From contig CAZXYN010000002.1 of assembly GCA_964644965.1 (NCBI GenBank), positions 3,075 through 67,074 of the forward strand: a stretch of 64,000 bases of DNA, given 5' to 3'. Positions within the stretch are counted from its first letter, which is position 1; the number at the start of each line of letters is the position of its first letter. A program made the translations under genes and the position numbers. The notes under the pieces are model-generated. The model worked only from the letters and a program-made list of their open reading frames with translations. It was not told the origin of the DNA and did not search any database. This DNA is from an uncultured Candidatus Saccharibacteria bacterium (GTDB lineage: Bacteria; Patescibacteriota; Saccharimonadia; Saccharimonadales; JACDBH01). Below, piece after piece: positions 35,238 through 44,564 of the stretch.

Positions 35238-35660
35238 ATGAAGAAGCAAATCACCACAATCGGGCAGTCAGAATTTGTCGAGTTTCCAGAACTGGGCTTG
35301 CTTAACGTGCCGGCGCGTATTGACACGGGTGCACGAACTTCAACTGTTTGGGCGTCAGGAATAAAAGAGTTGAATGGCGAGCTAAGCTTCGTTCTATTTG
35401 ATAAAACCAGTCCATTTTATAGCGGGGCTAAGCTTACCTTCAAAGACTATGAAATCAGGGAAGTAACAAGCTCCAATGGACACACAGAGGAAAGATACAT
35501 GGTCAGATTGCTAGTGTGTCTCGATGGACGTAAGATACGCGCACGCTTTACACTTGCCAACCGTTCAACGCAAACGTATCCTGTGTTAGTTGGGCGTAAT
35601 GTTCTGCGCGGTAAATTTGTTGTAGACATAAAGCACAACAGAGTGTTACCTAAAAAGTAA
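35238..35660 (+). CDS. RimB-like / 'ATP-dependent zinc protease' (DUF785, retropepsin-like) protein
   Basis: EFVEFPELGL..VPARIDTGARTS and LVGRNVLRG are typical of the small protein encoded next to rimK. Confidence 0.7.
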   Translation: MKKQITTIGQSEFVEFPELGLLNVPARIDTGARTSTVWASGIKELNGELSFVLFDKTSPFYSGAKLTFKDYEIREVTSSNGHTEERYMVRLLVCLDGRKIRARFTLANRSTQTYPVLVGRNVLRGKFVVDIKHNRVLPKK

Positions 35661-35670
35661 TGAGATCAAT

Positions 35671-36582
35671 ATGAAAATAGCTATTTTATCGAACGGTAAT
35701 GCAAACTATTCTACCAAGCGTCTTGTTGAAGAGGCTGTGAAACGTGGTCATGAAGTCAATGTGATAAAGTACAAGCACTGTCACGCTGCTATTGAACAGA
35801 GCAACCCGGTTGTACGTTACAGGGGCAAGGTACTGACTGGCTACGACGCAGTCATTCCGAGAATCGCCACAAATATGACGCGTTATGGTACGGCTATTGT
35901 CCGCCAATTCGAGATGCAAGGCGTCTACACTACGACCAGCTCAATCTCGATTGTGCGATCTCGTGACAAGCTACGCTCTATTCAGCTTTTAGCCCGCTCT
36001 GGGGTGGGTATTCCTAAGACTGTTTTTACCCGTTCTATCAACGATATTGATGACCAAATTGACGACATGGGTGGCTACCCAGTGATTATCAAGCTGGCTC
36101 GTGGCACACACGGCAACGGCGTCGTGTTGGCCGAAACTAAGAAGGCTGCCAAGTCCGTTATGCAGGCATTTTATGTCATGGATGATGATGGTACCAACAT
36201 CTTGCTGCAAGAGTTTGTTAAGGAATCGGCCGGCGAAGACATCCGCGCTTTTGTGGTTGGCGGCAAGGTAGTCGCTAGCATGAAGCGCCAGAGTCTAGAC
36301 GATGATTTTCGTTCTAATATTCACCAGGGTGGCGAAGGTACAGTTGTAAAGTTATCTGACGAAGAGAGGAAGACTGTTCAAAAGGCTGCCAAAGCCATGG
36401 GGCTTAGTATCTGTGGTGTCGATATTATGCGATCTGCTCGTGGACCATTAGTGCTAGAAGTAAACAGTAGCCCGGGTTTTGCCATAGAGACTGTGACTGG
36501 CCGAAACGTTGCCGAAAAAATTATCGAATATGTCGAGCAAAATGCCAAACGGCAGCCCCGCAAAGATCGTGTTGGTGCGTAA
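35671..36582 (+). CDS. rimK: Ribosomal protein S6 / alpha-L-glutamate ligase RimK
   Basis: MKIAILS..., RSRDKLRSIQLLAR.G...P.T, VIIKL..GT.G.GV.L, EDIRAFVVGGKVV, and GVDI......GPLVLEVNSSPG. Confidence 0.88.
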   Translation: MKIAILSNGNANYSTKRLVEEAVKRGHEVNVIKYKHCHAAIEQSNPVVRYRGKVLTGYDAVIPRIATNMTRYGTAIVRQFEMQGVYTTTSSISIVRSRDKLRSIQLLARSGVGIPKTVFTRSINDIDDQIDDMGGYPVIIKLARGTHGNGVVLAETKKAAKSVMQAFYVMDDDGTNILLQEFVKESAGEDIRAFVVGGKVVASMKRQSLDDDFRSNIHQGGEGTVVKLSDEERKTVQKAAKAMGLSICGVDIMRSARGPLVLEVNSSPGFAIETVTGRNVAEKIIEYVEQNAKRQPRKDRVGA

Positions 36583-37063
36583 GCTATTATTTGTAGTAAC
36601 GATTTTTGTAATTGGGTTTGCTGCTTTCTGGCTGTTTGTTAGACCAGATAGCGGGGAAAGTTCTTTTGGTCAAGAAACCCAGGCTAGTTGCTACACAAAC
36701 TACGACCTCGAAACAATTACGCTGAGTACCGACAACAAAAATATCTCGGCAGAAGTGGCCTCTGACGGAGATGACAAGGTTCTGGGACTATCAGGTCGCG
36801 ACTGCCTAAATCCTGATAGCGGTATGTTGTTTGCCTATGAACTGACGGGTGACTACTGCTTTTGGATGAAGGACATGAACTTCCCGATTGATATGATCTG
36901 GCTGGATGACGAAAAAAAGGTAGTTACTATCGAATCAGATGTCCGACCAGACAGCTACCCTCAGACCTTTTGCCCTACTAAGCCTGCCCAATATATTCTA
37001 GAAGTAGATACTGGTTACGCCGAAGACGTTGGCTGGCAAATCGGCACCGAATTCTCTTGGTAG
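36509..37063 (+). CDS. DUF192 domain protein with N-terminal TM segment
   Basis: GLSGR..L....GMLF.......FWMKDMNFPIDMIWLD matches DUF192. The true start is probably an internal GTG near 36567, because the 5' part overlaps rimK. Confidence 0.7.
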   Translation: MPKKLSNMSSKMPNGSPAKIVLVRKLLFVVTIFVIGFAAFWLFVRPDSGESSFGQETQASCYTNYDLETITLSTDNKNISAEVASDGDDKVLGLSGRDCLNPDSGMLFAYELTGDYCFWMKDMNFPIDMIWLDDEKKVVTIESDVRPDSYPQTFCPTKPAQYILEVDTGYAEDVGWQIGTEFSW

Positions 37064-37097
37064 CAAGCTCCTTACGGTTTTAGGCTATAATGACCTC

Positions 37098-37589
37098 ATG
37101 GTCGAATTTATGCCGCTGATTGTCGCGGCTGTACTTGCAGTACTAATTTTGTTCTTGCGCACTAATGTTGCGGTCTGTTTCTTGGCGCTTTGCGCGGGTA
37201 GCGTGCTGGTAGAATTTTCTGGTACAAATGTTGGGTTGATTGCTTCATCAGTCACCAGTGGTGCGGATTGGGCGCCGTATGTTGCTAAGATTGTTTTGCT
37301 ACTGACTCCGCTAGTTGTCTGTATATTTATGCTTAGAGGCCAAACACCAAAATCACATCTGTTACTGAATCTAATTCCGGCAATTGCAACCGCGTTGCTA
37401 GCGGTACTTTTTATCGTGCCGCTACTACCAGAAGCGCAGTACGAATCGATAACCAGTACAGAATCATGGACGGTACTGAGTCAGTATGAGGAGTTTATTG
37501 TGGGTGTCGGTGTAGTGATGTCGATAGTTTCTCTGATGTTCTTGTCAAAACGAGCGCATAGTGGTCACAAGAAGGGCCGGCACAAATAA
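37098..37589 (+). CDS. Hypothetical polytopic membrane protein
   Basis: About 5 hydrophobic segments and a basic tail HSGHKKGRHK. The start is set at MVEFMPLIV. Confidence 0.5.
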   Translation: MVEFMPLIVAAVLAVLILFLRTNVAVCFLALCAGSVLVEFSGTNVGLIASSVTSGADWAPYVAKIVLLLTPLVVCIFMLRGQTPKSHLLLNLIPAIATALLAVLFIVPLLPEAQYESITSTESWTVLSQYEEFIVGVGVVMSIVSLMFLSKRAHSGHKKGRHK

Positions 37590-37635
37590 CTCAAAATTTG
37601 CTACACTAGATATAAATAACAAATAGGAGGACCCA

Positions 37636-38061
37636 ATGAACCAGCAAAATAAAGTAGAGGTACCACCATATCTGAAGGTTTCGAAATGGGTGGTGTGGGC
37701 ACTGTACTTCTTTGTCGTTATTGGGATTATTTCATTGGTTCTAAGGGTGCTATTGCTGCTTTTTAACGCCAATTTGTCGGCTGGATTTGCACAGTTTATT
37801 GCGAACGTATCAAATGATTACATGCAGCCATTCCGTGGCCTTTTCCCTTCAAAAGAGTTCCCAAGTGGATCATACCTTGATGTATCAGCGATGTTTGCGA
37901 TAGTTGTGTATCTGTTTGTTCTCTGGGGTGTTTATAGCCTTATTAGCTATGTACAGAACAAAATTGATATATCTGTGGCTGAGCAAGAAAAGCAAATCGC
38001 AGAAATCAAGCGCCAGAAACAACTCGCAGCAGCAAAAACACAGCCAGCCCGAAAGGTTTAG
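37636..38061 (+). CDS. Hypothetical membrane protein with C-terminal coiled coil
   Basis: Two or three TM segments, a GGAGG RBS upstream, and no family recognised. Confidence 0.5.
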   Translation: MNQQNKVEVPPYLKVSKWVVWALYFFVVIGIISLVLRVLLLLFNANLSAGFAQFIANVSNDYMQPFRGLFPSKEFPSGSYLDVSAMFAIVVYLFVLWGVYSLISYVQNKIDISVAEQEKQIAEIKRQKQLAAAKTQPARKV

Positions 38062-38075
38062 GTAGCTAGAACCAG

Positions 38076-38104
38076 TTGACTTTTATCTGTAAATAACAGA
38101 TAAT
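38076..38104 (+). promoter_or_regulatory. Promoter of the tRNA-Lys unit
   Basis: TTGACT-17 nt-GATAAT followed by AACCCCTGTA. Confidence 0.65.
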
Positions 38105-38264
38105 AACCCCTGTATTTTGCTCCTGGTCTTAACCAAAATACCAAACCAGGCAACTTGTTTGCCGTTTGGGATTTTGAGAGGAGGCGGCTTGGTCTAATGA
38201 CTGAGCTTGTCGGGCAAATTCATTTTGCCGGCGGGCTAGTCATTAGACTATTACACGCCGACGA

Positions 38265-38341
38265 GGGCCCATAGCTCAGCCGGTTAGAGCATCTGCCTTT
38301 TAAGCAGAGTGTCGTGGGTTCGAGTCCCACTGGGCCCTCCA
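38265..38341 (+). tRNA. tRNA-Lys (anticodon UUU)
   Basis: GGGCCCA TA GCTC AGCCGGTTA GAGC A TCTGC CTTTTAA GCAGA GTGTC GTGGG TTCGAGT CCCAC TGGGCCC T CCA. Confidence 0.95.
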
Positions 38342-38350
38342 TACAAAATG

Positions 38351-38373
38351 CCTCAGCAAAGCTGGGGCTTTTT
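38351..38373 (+). terminator. Intrinsic terminator after tRNA-Lys
   Basis: CCTCAGC-AAA-GCTGGGG followed by CTTTTT. Confidence 0.7.
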
Positions 38374-38497
38374 GTATGGCAGGATTCAATGGAATTGAAT
38401 CCACGGCGCAGATTTGCTTTAGCAAAGATGCATGTCGTGAGGTTCGGTCATTAGTCTGTTGCCCGAGTTCTACTCGGCGCACAGATTAATGTGCGCT

Positions 38498-38515
38498 GTC
38501 CCACTGGGCCCTCCA
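38498..38515 (+). repeat. Direct repeat of the last 18 nt of tRNA-Lys (att-like)
   Basis: gtcccactgggccctcca is identical to 38324-38341. Confidence 0.85.
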
Positions 38516-38524
38516 AATTCAGTA

Positions 38525-38544
38525 CCCCTCGAAAGAGGGGTTTT
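38525..38544 (+). terminator. Terminator-like hairpin
   Basis: CCCCTC-GAAA-GAGGGG followed by TTTT. Confidence 0.6.
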
Positions 38545-38690
38545 GAATTTGGAAGATGTAGCGGACTCGAACCTGTGAGGGCGAGGGTGTCCGGTGGACA
38601 CCCGAGTTTTCCTTGCTTGGCCGCCTTGCGCGCTGCTTGCAGCTTGCGCAGGCGCAGAATAACTCGAGTCCCACCAGGTCAGCTAGGGAG

Positions 38691-38705
38691 GCGCTGTCCC
38701 ACTGG
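38691..38705 (+). repeat. Third, partial copy of the tRNA-Lys 3'-end repeat
   Basis: gcgctgtcccactgg is identical to 38493-38507. In addition, cgagtcccac at 38665-38674 equals 38321-38330 of the tRNA. Confidence 0.7.
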
Positions 38706-38805
38706 CCAACGAGCAAAGAGCTGTCTGCTGACCATCAGGGCAAAACCTCCGTTTACTCAACATTAGATTAGTGCTATAAGTATAAGCATAGTAACCTAGG
38801 TAATT

Positions 38806-39390
38806 TTGTCTATGTCGAAAAAATCAAAACCAACTAAGAAATCAGCCTCCACCTCTTTGTTTGATAAAAAAATACTCGGTATCTCTGTCGTATTGCTAAT
38901 CGTTACGGCTCTGGTAGTTGTCGGAGTTGGAGCATACTATTTCGTAGACAAGGAAAACAACACTAGTAGCAGTGAGACTAATAGCGAGTTAGTGCGTATG
39001 TACATGGCACCGGCTACTCCAGAAGTCTCTGATGGTAGTGTGTTCACACTAGAAATCTTGATTGATACGCAAGACCAGTCAATTAACGCAGCTCAAGCCA
39101 ATATCATTTATGATAATAACAGTCTAGAATTTGTCGGTATAGATTCTACTAACGGTGTGCTTGATATGAAGCTGATCGAGAAGGAAGAAGATGGCCAAAT
39201 AGAGATAGTACATGGTACAGCGCAGAGTTTTGGGGGAGAGGGTTTGCTCGCAAGGATTTCATTCCGAGCCAAAGCTGGATCAGGTAGCAGCGTAGTGTCA
39301 TTCTCGAACGGCACTGGTATGGCAAGTTCAGATACAAACGAAGACATCCTGCAGCAAAGTTTTGGTGCGACAATCAGTCTTAGCAAGTAA
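38806..39390 (+). CDS. Membrane-anchored cohesin-like domain protein
   Basis: N-terminal TM segment. The block VFTLEILIDTQDQSINAAQANIIYDNNSLEFVGID resembles cohesin-domain beta strands, but the match is weak. Confidence 0.4.
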   Translation: MSMSKKSKPTKKSASTSLFDKKILGISVVLLIVTALVVVGVGAYYFVDKENNTSSSETNSELVRMYMAPATPEVSDGSVFTLEILIDTQDQSINAAQANIIYDNNSLEFVGIDSTNGVLDMKLIEKEEDGQIEIVHGTAQSFGGEGLLARISFRAKAGSGSSVVSFSNGTGMASSDTNEDILQQSFGATISLSK

Positions 39391-39442
39391 AATCTAGCTG
39401 CTTGTGCTTGCAAATAGCTAAAACAGTCGTATAGTTCGAGTT

Positions 39443-40894
39443 ATGGAGAGGCGTACAGTCTATCGCCGCACCACACGCTACATACTGTGCGGTGCGGCTA
39501 TTCTTGTAGGGCTTGCTTGGGCGCGGTTTGGTGGTGAGATCAGTGGCTGGTGGCCAATTGTACTTGGATTCTTGGCGCTTACAAGTTTTCGACGGGGCAG
39601 GTTACTGTCGGTATATGCGGTTGTATTCTTTGGGTTCTCGCTTGGCTGGTGGCGTGGTGGAATCTACATGAACGAAGTCAACTTCTTGCAAACTATTAGC
39701 AAACAGAAGGTGACTCTGGTGGGACGTGTACTGAACGATAGCTTGTATGATGATCGTGGCGCTGTTTCGTTCGACATGGGATCTTTGCAGTTAGAATCGC
39801 CTGACGGAAATCAGAAGGTAATTGGCAAGGTAGGTGTGTCTGGCTATGGAGAGAGAATGATTTACAGAGGTGACGAAGTACGAGTTACCGGCAAATTTTA
39901 TCCAGGCAGAGGCTCCTACGTCGCCTGGCTTAGTTACGCAGAATTGCAGGTGGTTAGCCGGTCTCAGTCAGCTGTTTTTGGAGTTACACGCAATTTTGCA
40001 GCTGGGATACAAACAGCTCTTCCAGAGCCTCAAGCATCTTTTGGATTAGGGCTACTAATTGGTCAGCGGAATACCCTACCCGAAAGCACCAGTGAAATTC
40101 TAGCTATGGTCGGCTTGACACACATCATTGCGGTGTCTGGTTATAACCTGACAATACTTGTACGAGCAACTCGTCGCATGTTCTCTAAGCGTTCAAAATT
40201 CCAGGCTATGTTTGCGGCATGTTTGCTGATATTTTCATTCTTGCTAGTGACTGGTGCGCAACCATCTATTGTCCGAGCTTCTATTATTAGTATTTTGTCG
40301 CTTGGCGCCTGGTACTTCGGCAGAACGATTCGCCCGATGACGATACTACTCATTACAGCGGCAGCTACGGCACTCTGGAACCCGCTGTATTTGTGGTCTG
40401 ACATTGGCTGGTATTTGTCATTCCTGGCGTTCTTTGGCGTATTAATGGTGGCGCCGGTTGTCAAAAAACGTCTTTATAAAGACAGAAAACCAAGAGTCAT
40501 GGGCGAACTAATGATAGAAAGCTTCTCTGCTCAGCTGATGACGCTGCCACTTATCTTGTATATATTCAACGAATCAAGCTATATGGTTCTGCTTGCCAAC
40601 TTGCTTGTTGTGCCGCTAATTCCATTGGCTATGATAGCTACGTTTGTTGCCGGTCTTGCTGGGATGTTCATACCGGTTATTGCTGGTTGGTTTGCCTGGC
40701 CAGCTAAATTAATCCTGACATATATGCTCGATGTAGCCGGGCTTGTGGCACGGATACCAAATATGCAGTTTACTGTTTCGCTAAGCGCTGGCACGATGGT
40801 ATTTATGTACGCCGCAATCCTACTGATTACGGTTATATGGTGGCAGAAGCTGCCAGAAAATGCTAAGATAACAGATACAAACTATTTGGAGTAG
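39443..40894 (+). CDS. comEC: DNA internalisation competence protein ComEC/Rec2 (no beta-lactamase domain)
   Basis: N-terminal DUF4131-like OB region followed by the competence domain LLIGQRNTLPES...GLTHIIAVSGYNLTIL and many TM segments. Confidence 0.85.
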   Translation: MERRTVYRRTTRYILCGAAILVGLAWARFGGEISGWWPIVLGFLALTSFRRGRLLSVYAVVFFGFSLGWWRGGIYMNEVNFLQTISKQKVTLVGRVLNDSLYDDRGAVSFDMGSLQLESPDGNQKVIGKVGVSGYGERMIYRGDEVRVTGKFYPGRGSYVAWLSYAELQVVSRSQSAVFGVTRNFAAGIQTALPEPQASFGLGLLIGQRNTLPESTSEILAMVGLTHIIAVSGYNLTILVRATRRMFSKRSKFQAMFAACLLIFSFLLVTGAQPSIVRASIISILSLGAWYFGRTIRPMTILLITAAATALWNPLYLWSDIGWYLSFLAFFGVLMVAPVVKKRLYKDRKPRVMGELMIESFSAQLMTLPLILYIFNESSYMVLLANLLVVPLIPLAMIATFVAGLAGMFIPVIAGWFAWPAKLILTYMLDVAGLVARIPNMQFTVSLSAGTMVFMYAAILLITVIWWQKLPENAKITDTNYLE

Positions 40895-40916
40895 AACTGT
40901 ACATAATCATTGTAAA

Positions 40917-41038
40917 GCAGCTTTTTTGAGCCAAGCGTCAGTTGCGGCAAGGCGAGGCATTCATTTCGGAGATGTATAGCATATACGGCGAAGAAATGTC
41001 CTCGATTTGGTGGAAGTGACGACTCTCAAAAAAACTGC
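40917..41038. repeat. 122-nt long imperfect palindrome upstream of yebC
   Basis: Nested complementary blocks: GCAGCTTTTTTGAG/CTCAAAAAAACTGC, CGTCA/TGACG, and GAGGCATTCATTTCG/CGAAGAAATGTCCTC (imperfect). Confidence 0.5.
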
Positions 41039-41055
41039 GCGCATCAAGGAGTAAT

Positions 41056-41769
41056 ATGGCGGGTCATAATAAATGGAGCAAAATCAAACGCGGTAAAGCT
41101 GTAGAAGACGCTAAGCGCGGTGCCGTATTTACCAAAATCGGCAACCAAATTGCCATAGCAGCACGCTCTGGTTCTGATCCTAATATGAACCCATCACTAG
41201 CTATGGCAATCGAAAAAGCCAAATCTGCCAACATGCCGCTGAGTAACATTGAGCGCGCCATTGCCCGCGTGTCTGACAAGTCTGCTGCGCAGTTGCAGGA
41301 GGTCATGTACGAAGGTTATGGTCCGGGTGGTGTAGCGACACTTGTCGAATGCGCTACAGATAACGTCAATCGTACCTACCCAGAAGTTAAGAATGCTTTT
41401 AACAAGCACGGTGGCAGTATTGCCGAAAAGGGCGCTGTGGCGTTTCAGTTTACGCGCAAGGGCGTGATTGTTGCCGAGGGTGGCGGTGATGATCTCATGA
41501 TGGCGGCACTTGATGCTGGCGCAGAAGATGTTCAGGAAGAAGACGGCGAGACAATTATTTACACAGCTCAGACAGATCTAGCCAAAGTTAGAGACGCACT
41601 CAAAGCAGCTAGTATTGAAATCAAGGAAGCTGAATTATCTTATGAACCAAACAACACAATTATAATTGAAGACGAAACTACGGCTGGCAAAATAATGCGT
41701 CTGATGGACGCGCTCGATGAGCTTGATGATGTTAGCAACACCTATACCAACTTTGATATCAAGGATTAA
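41056..41769 (+). CDS. yebC: YebC/PmpR-family transcriptional regulator
   Basis: MAGHNKWSKIKRGKA..D.KRG..F.K, and its position upstream of ruvC. Confidence 0.93.
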   Translation: MAGHNKWSKIKRGKAVEDAKRGAVFTKIGNQIAIAARSGSDPNMNPSLAMAIEKAKSANMPLSNIERAIARVSDKSAAQLQEVMYEGYGPGGVATLVECATDNVNRTYPEVKNAFNKHGGSIAEKGAVAFQFTRKGVIVAEGGGDDLMMAALDAGAEDVQEEDGETIIYTAQTDLAKVRDALKAASIEIKEAELSYEPNNTIIIEDETTAGKIMRLMDALDELDDVSNTYTNFDIKD

Positions 41770-41772
41770 TCA

Positions 41773-42246
41773 ATGAGAATCATAGGCATTGATCCGGGCA
41801 CCGGAATACTTGGTTTTGGTATCATTGAAGTCACTAAGGGCAAGCCGCAACTGGTTGACGGTGGGATAATACGCACTCCTATCAAAGAAGACGATGCCAT
41901 TAGGCTGCTTACAATTTATGAGGAATTAACAGATATTATTGCTGCTACAAAGCCGCAGGAAATGGCTGTGGAGAAGCTTTTCTTTGCCAAAAACGTTACT
42001 ACAGCTATGACTGTAGCGCAGGCTAGGGGAGTGGTGTTACTAACGGGCATGCAGGCGGAGCTCAAGATTAGCGAATACACACCAATGCAAATAAAACAGG
42101 CTGTAACAGGTTACGGCCGAGCCGAAAAGAAGCAGATTCAGGAAATGGTTAGAGTAATATTGAACCTTAAGGAAGTGCCGCGGCCGGATGATTGTGCTGA
42201 TGCGCTTGCCTGCGCCATTACTCATGCCCAAACTATCAGGGTCTGA
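41773..42246 (+). CDS. ruvC: Holliday junction resolvase RuvC
   Basis: MRIIGIDPG...GFGII, EKLFF, and DDCADALACAITH. Confidence 0.93.
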   Translation: MRIIGIDPGTGILGFGIIEVTKGKPQLVDGGIIRTPIKEDDAIRLLTIYEELTDIIAATKPQEMAVEKLFFAKNVTTAMTVAQARGVVLLTGMQAELKISEYTPMQIKQAVTGYGRAEKKQIQEMVRVILNLKEVPRPDDCADALACAITHAQTIRV

Positions 42247-42277
42247 ATATTTTTTGGTCGGTCGCTAGTATGAGATA

Positions 42278-42868
42278 ATGGAACCAATGATTGCAACACT
42301 TTCTGGGACTCTAAGCGAAAAACTGTCGGATGTAGTAGTTCTAGAAGTTGCTGGAGTTGGCTATGGACTGTATATAACAGTCGAAGATTATAGCTCGATT
42401 CACATTGGCGAAGATATAAAGTTCTATGTTTACGAACACATTCGTGAGCAAGCCCATGACCTGTTCGGTTTCTCGAATCTTGATGGCAAAAAACTCTTTG
42501 AGCAACTGCTCGGTGTCAAAAACGTTGGTCCAAAGGTAGCCATGGCAGTGCTTGATATTGGTACGACAGATACTGTTCGATCGGCAATTGCAAACGGCGA
42601 TGTGAAGATGTTGCAAGCTGCAAAGGGCGTTGGAAAACGAGCAGCCGAACAGATTGTGGTTGAGCTTCGCGACAAGGTCGGCATATCAGCATCCGAATCA
42701 GCCGAAGATATCGTTAATCGTCCAGGCATGAACGGACAAGACGAAGCAACAGAAGCTTTGGTTGCGCTTGGCTACAGCCCACAGGATGCAAGCTTGGCTC
42801 TGAAGCGAGTAGACAAGGCCCTACCTGTCGAAGAACGTGTTAGGCAGGCGCTGAAGGGTAGTTTCTAG
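42278..42868 (+). CDS. ruvA: Holliday junction DNA helicase RuvA
   Basis: MIATLSG.L, L.GV.GVGPK.A..L, and a C-terminal domain III. Confidence 0.92.
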   Translation: MEPMIATLSGTLSEKLSDVVVLEVAGVGYGLYITVEDYSSIHIGEDIKFYVYEHIREQAHDLFGFSNLDGKKLFEQLLGVKNVGPKVAMAVLDIGTTDTVRSAIANGDVKMLQAAKGVGKRAAEQIVVELRDKVGISASESAEDIVNRPGMNGQDEATEALVALGYSPQDASLALKRVDKALPVEERVRQALKGSF

Positions 42869-42870
42869 CC

Positions 42871-43908
42871 ATGGCGGTTGAGCGAATAGTACATACAGTT
42901 GCTGGCGATGATGATCAGCAAGAAGTCGAATTAGAAATTACATTACGGCCTAAGGATTTTGCGAACTACATCGGTCAGGAGAGGCTTAAGAAAAACCTAC
43001 AGCTTGCGATTGACGCTGCCAAGAAGCGTGGTGAACCACTTGATCATATTTTGTTATATGGCCCCCCGGGACTCGGTAAGACCACCATGGCTAGCGTTAT
43101 TGCTAAAGAGATGGGTGCGCAGATTCGCGTTACAAGTGGTCCGGCAATTGAGCGCGCTGGTGATTTGGCAAGCCTGCTCACCAATCTACAAGACGGCGAC
43201 ATTCTGTTTATTGATGAAATTCACCGTTTGCACCGAAGTGTTGAAGAGGTGCTCTACAGTGCCATGGAAGATTACAAGATAGATATCATGCTCGGCAAAG
43301 GTCCAAGTGCACGCAGTATGCGTCTGGATGTGCCTAAATTTACGCTAATTGGCGCGACTACTAGGACTGGAGCCCTGGCTGCTCCACTACGTGATAGGTT
43401 TGGTATTATTCACAGGCTCGAATTTTATTCACCAGATGAAATTGCCCAGATTATTATACGTGCAGCCGATATCTTAGATAGCAATATTAAGCCAGAGTCT
43501 GCAGCGTTACTATCTACTCGATCAAGACTGACTCCGCGTATTGCCAACAGGCTGCTAAAGCGAGTCCGAGATTACGCCGATGTCAACGGTGATGGGATCA
43601 TTGACACAGAGATTACTCATGCTGCGTTAGGATTACTCGAGATTGATGAGCTTGGCCTAGACCCAGCAGATAGGCATTTGCTGGAGAGAATTATTGAAAA
43701 CTATGGTGATAGCCCAGTAGGCTTAAATACGCTTGCTGCGTTAACAGGTGACGAGGCTACCACTATCGAAGATTTTTATGAGCCTTATCTCATGCAGATT
43801 GGACTGCTCGAACGGACACCGAGGGGTAGAAAAGTTACCGTCAAGGCTTACGCTCATCTTGGCGGAGATCAGAAAAGAAAACCATCAGATCAGGCAAAGC
43901 TACTCTAA
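42871..43908 (+). CDS. ruvB: Holliday junction DNA helicase RuvB
   Basis: [29 protein letters not shown], and GATTR.G.L..PLRDRFG. Confidence 0.97.
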   Translation: MAVERIVHTVAGDDDQQEVELEITLRPKDFANYIGQERLKKNLQLAIDAAKKRGEPLDHILLYGPPGLGKTTMASVIAKEMGAQIRVTSGPAIERAGDLASLLTNLQDGDILFIDEIHRLHRSVEEVLYSAMEDYKIDIMLGKGPSARSMRLDVPKFTLIGATTRTGALAAPLRDRFGIIHRLEFYSPDEIAQIIIRAADILDSNIKPESAALLSTRSRLTPRIANRLLKRVRDYADVNGDGIIDTEITHAALGLLEIDELGLDPADRHLLERIIENYGDSPVGLNTLAALTGDEATTIEDFYEPYLMQIGLLERTPRGRKVTVKAYAHLGGDQKRKPSDQAKLL

Positions 43909-43949
43909 TCTAGAGCAGAACTAAGCAAAAAGGTATACTAAAGAAGAAT

Positions 43950-44564
43950 ATGAACGAATCAGAAAAAGACATCCATCACAGGCGGCAGACCGAAACTAGA
44001 TTGTCTACCGAAGGTCGTAAATACTTTAGATACATAGAGTTTGATGCTGACGAAGAGCTTGTCACCGAAATTAGAAAGCATCCTGTAGGTCTAGCTATCA
44101 TCATACTAACTGGTGGGTTTGTTATGCTGGCACTAGCTATAGTTGGTATCTTTGCTTCTGTTACTGACTTCGTAGGTATAACTGGGGCTCAAGAAACATC
44201 TCAAGTCGGGGCATTAATAACCATAGTCTGCATATTGCTAATTATAGGTGCGGCAGTCATGACCTTTATTGCGGCGTTCTTATACAACAGTAACGTAATA
44301 TTCGTTACTAGTGAAAAGATTGCCCAAGTTGTTTATAAGAGTCTATTCAATAGAAAGATATCTCAGCTTTCAATTGGTGATGTGCAAGATACGACTGTTA
44401 CTCAAAAGGGCGTAATTGCTCACATGTTCAACTATGGAACTCTGGTGATTGAGACAGCCGGTGAACAGCAGAACTATACATTCACCTACGTCCCCGATCC
44501 ATATCAAGTATCAAAAATGATTGTTGGATCACACGAACGGAACCTAAAGGATTTTGGCAACTAG
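43950..44564 (+). CDS. bPH_2 (DUF304, YdbS/YdbT-like) membrane protein
   Basis: Two TM segments followed by a PH-like region (IFVTSEKIAQVVYKSLFNRKISQLSIGDVQD...GTLVIETAG). Confidence 0.7.
   Translation: MNESEKDIHHRRQTETRLSTEGRKYFRYIEFDADEELVTEIRKHPVGLAIIILTGGFVMLALAIVGIFASVTDFVGITGAQETSQVGALITIVCILLIIGAAVMTFIAAFLYNSNVIFVTSEKIAQVVYKSLFNRKISQLSIGDVQDTTVTQKGVIAHMFNYGTLVIETAGEQQNYTFTYVPDPYQVSKMIVGSHERNLKDFGN

Noticed and set aside
38491-38766. 91-aa and 65-aa ORFs in the region downstream of tRNA-Lys.
   Set aside because: They lie across tRNA-end repeats and hairpins, have no RBS, and have an Arg/Cys/Pro-rich junk composition.
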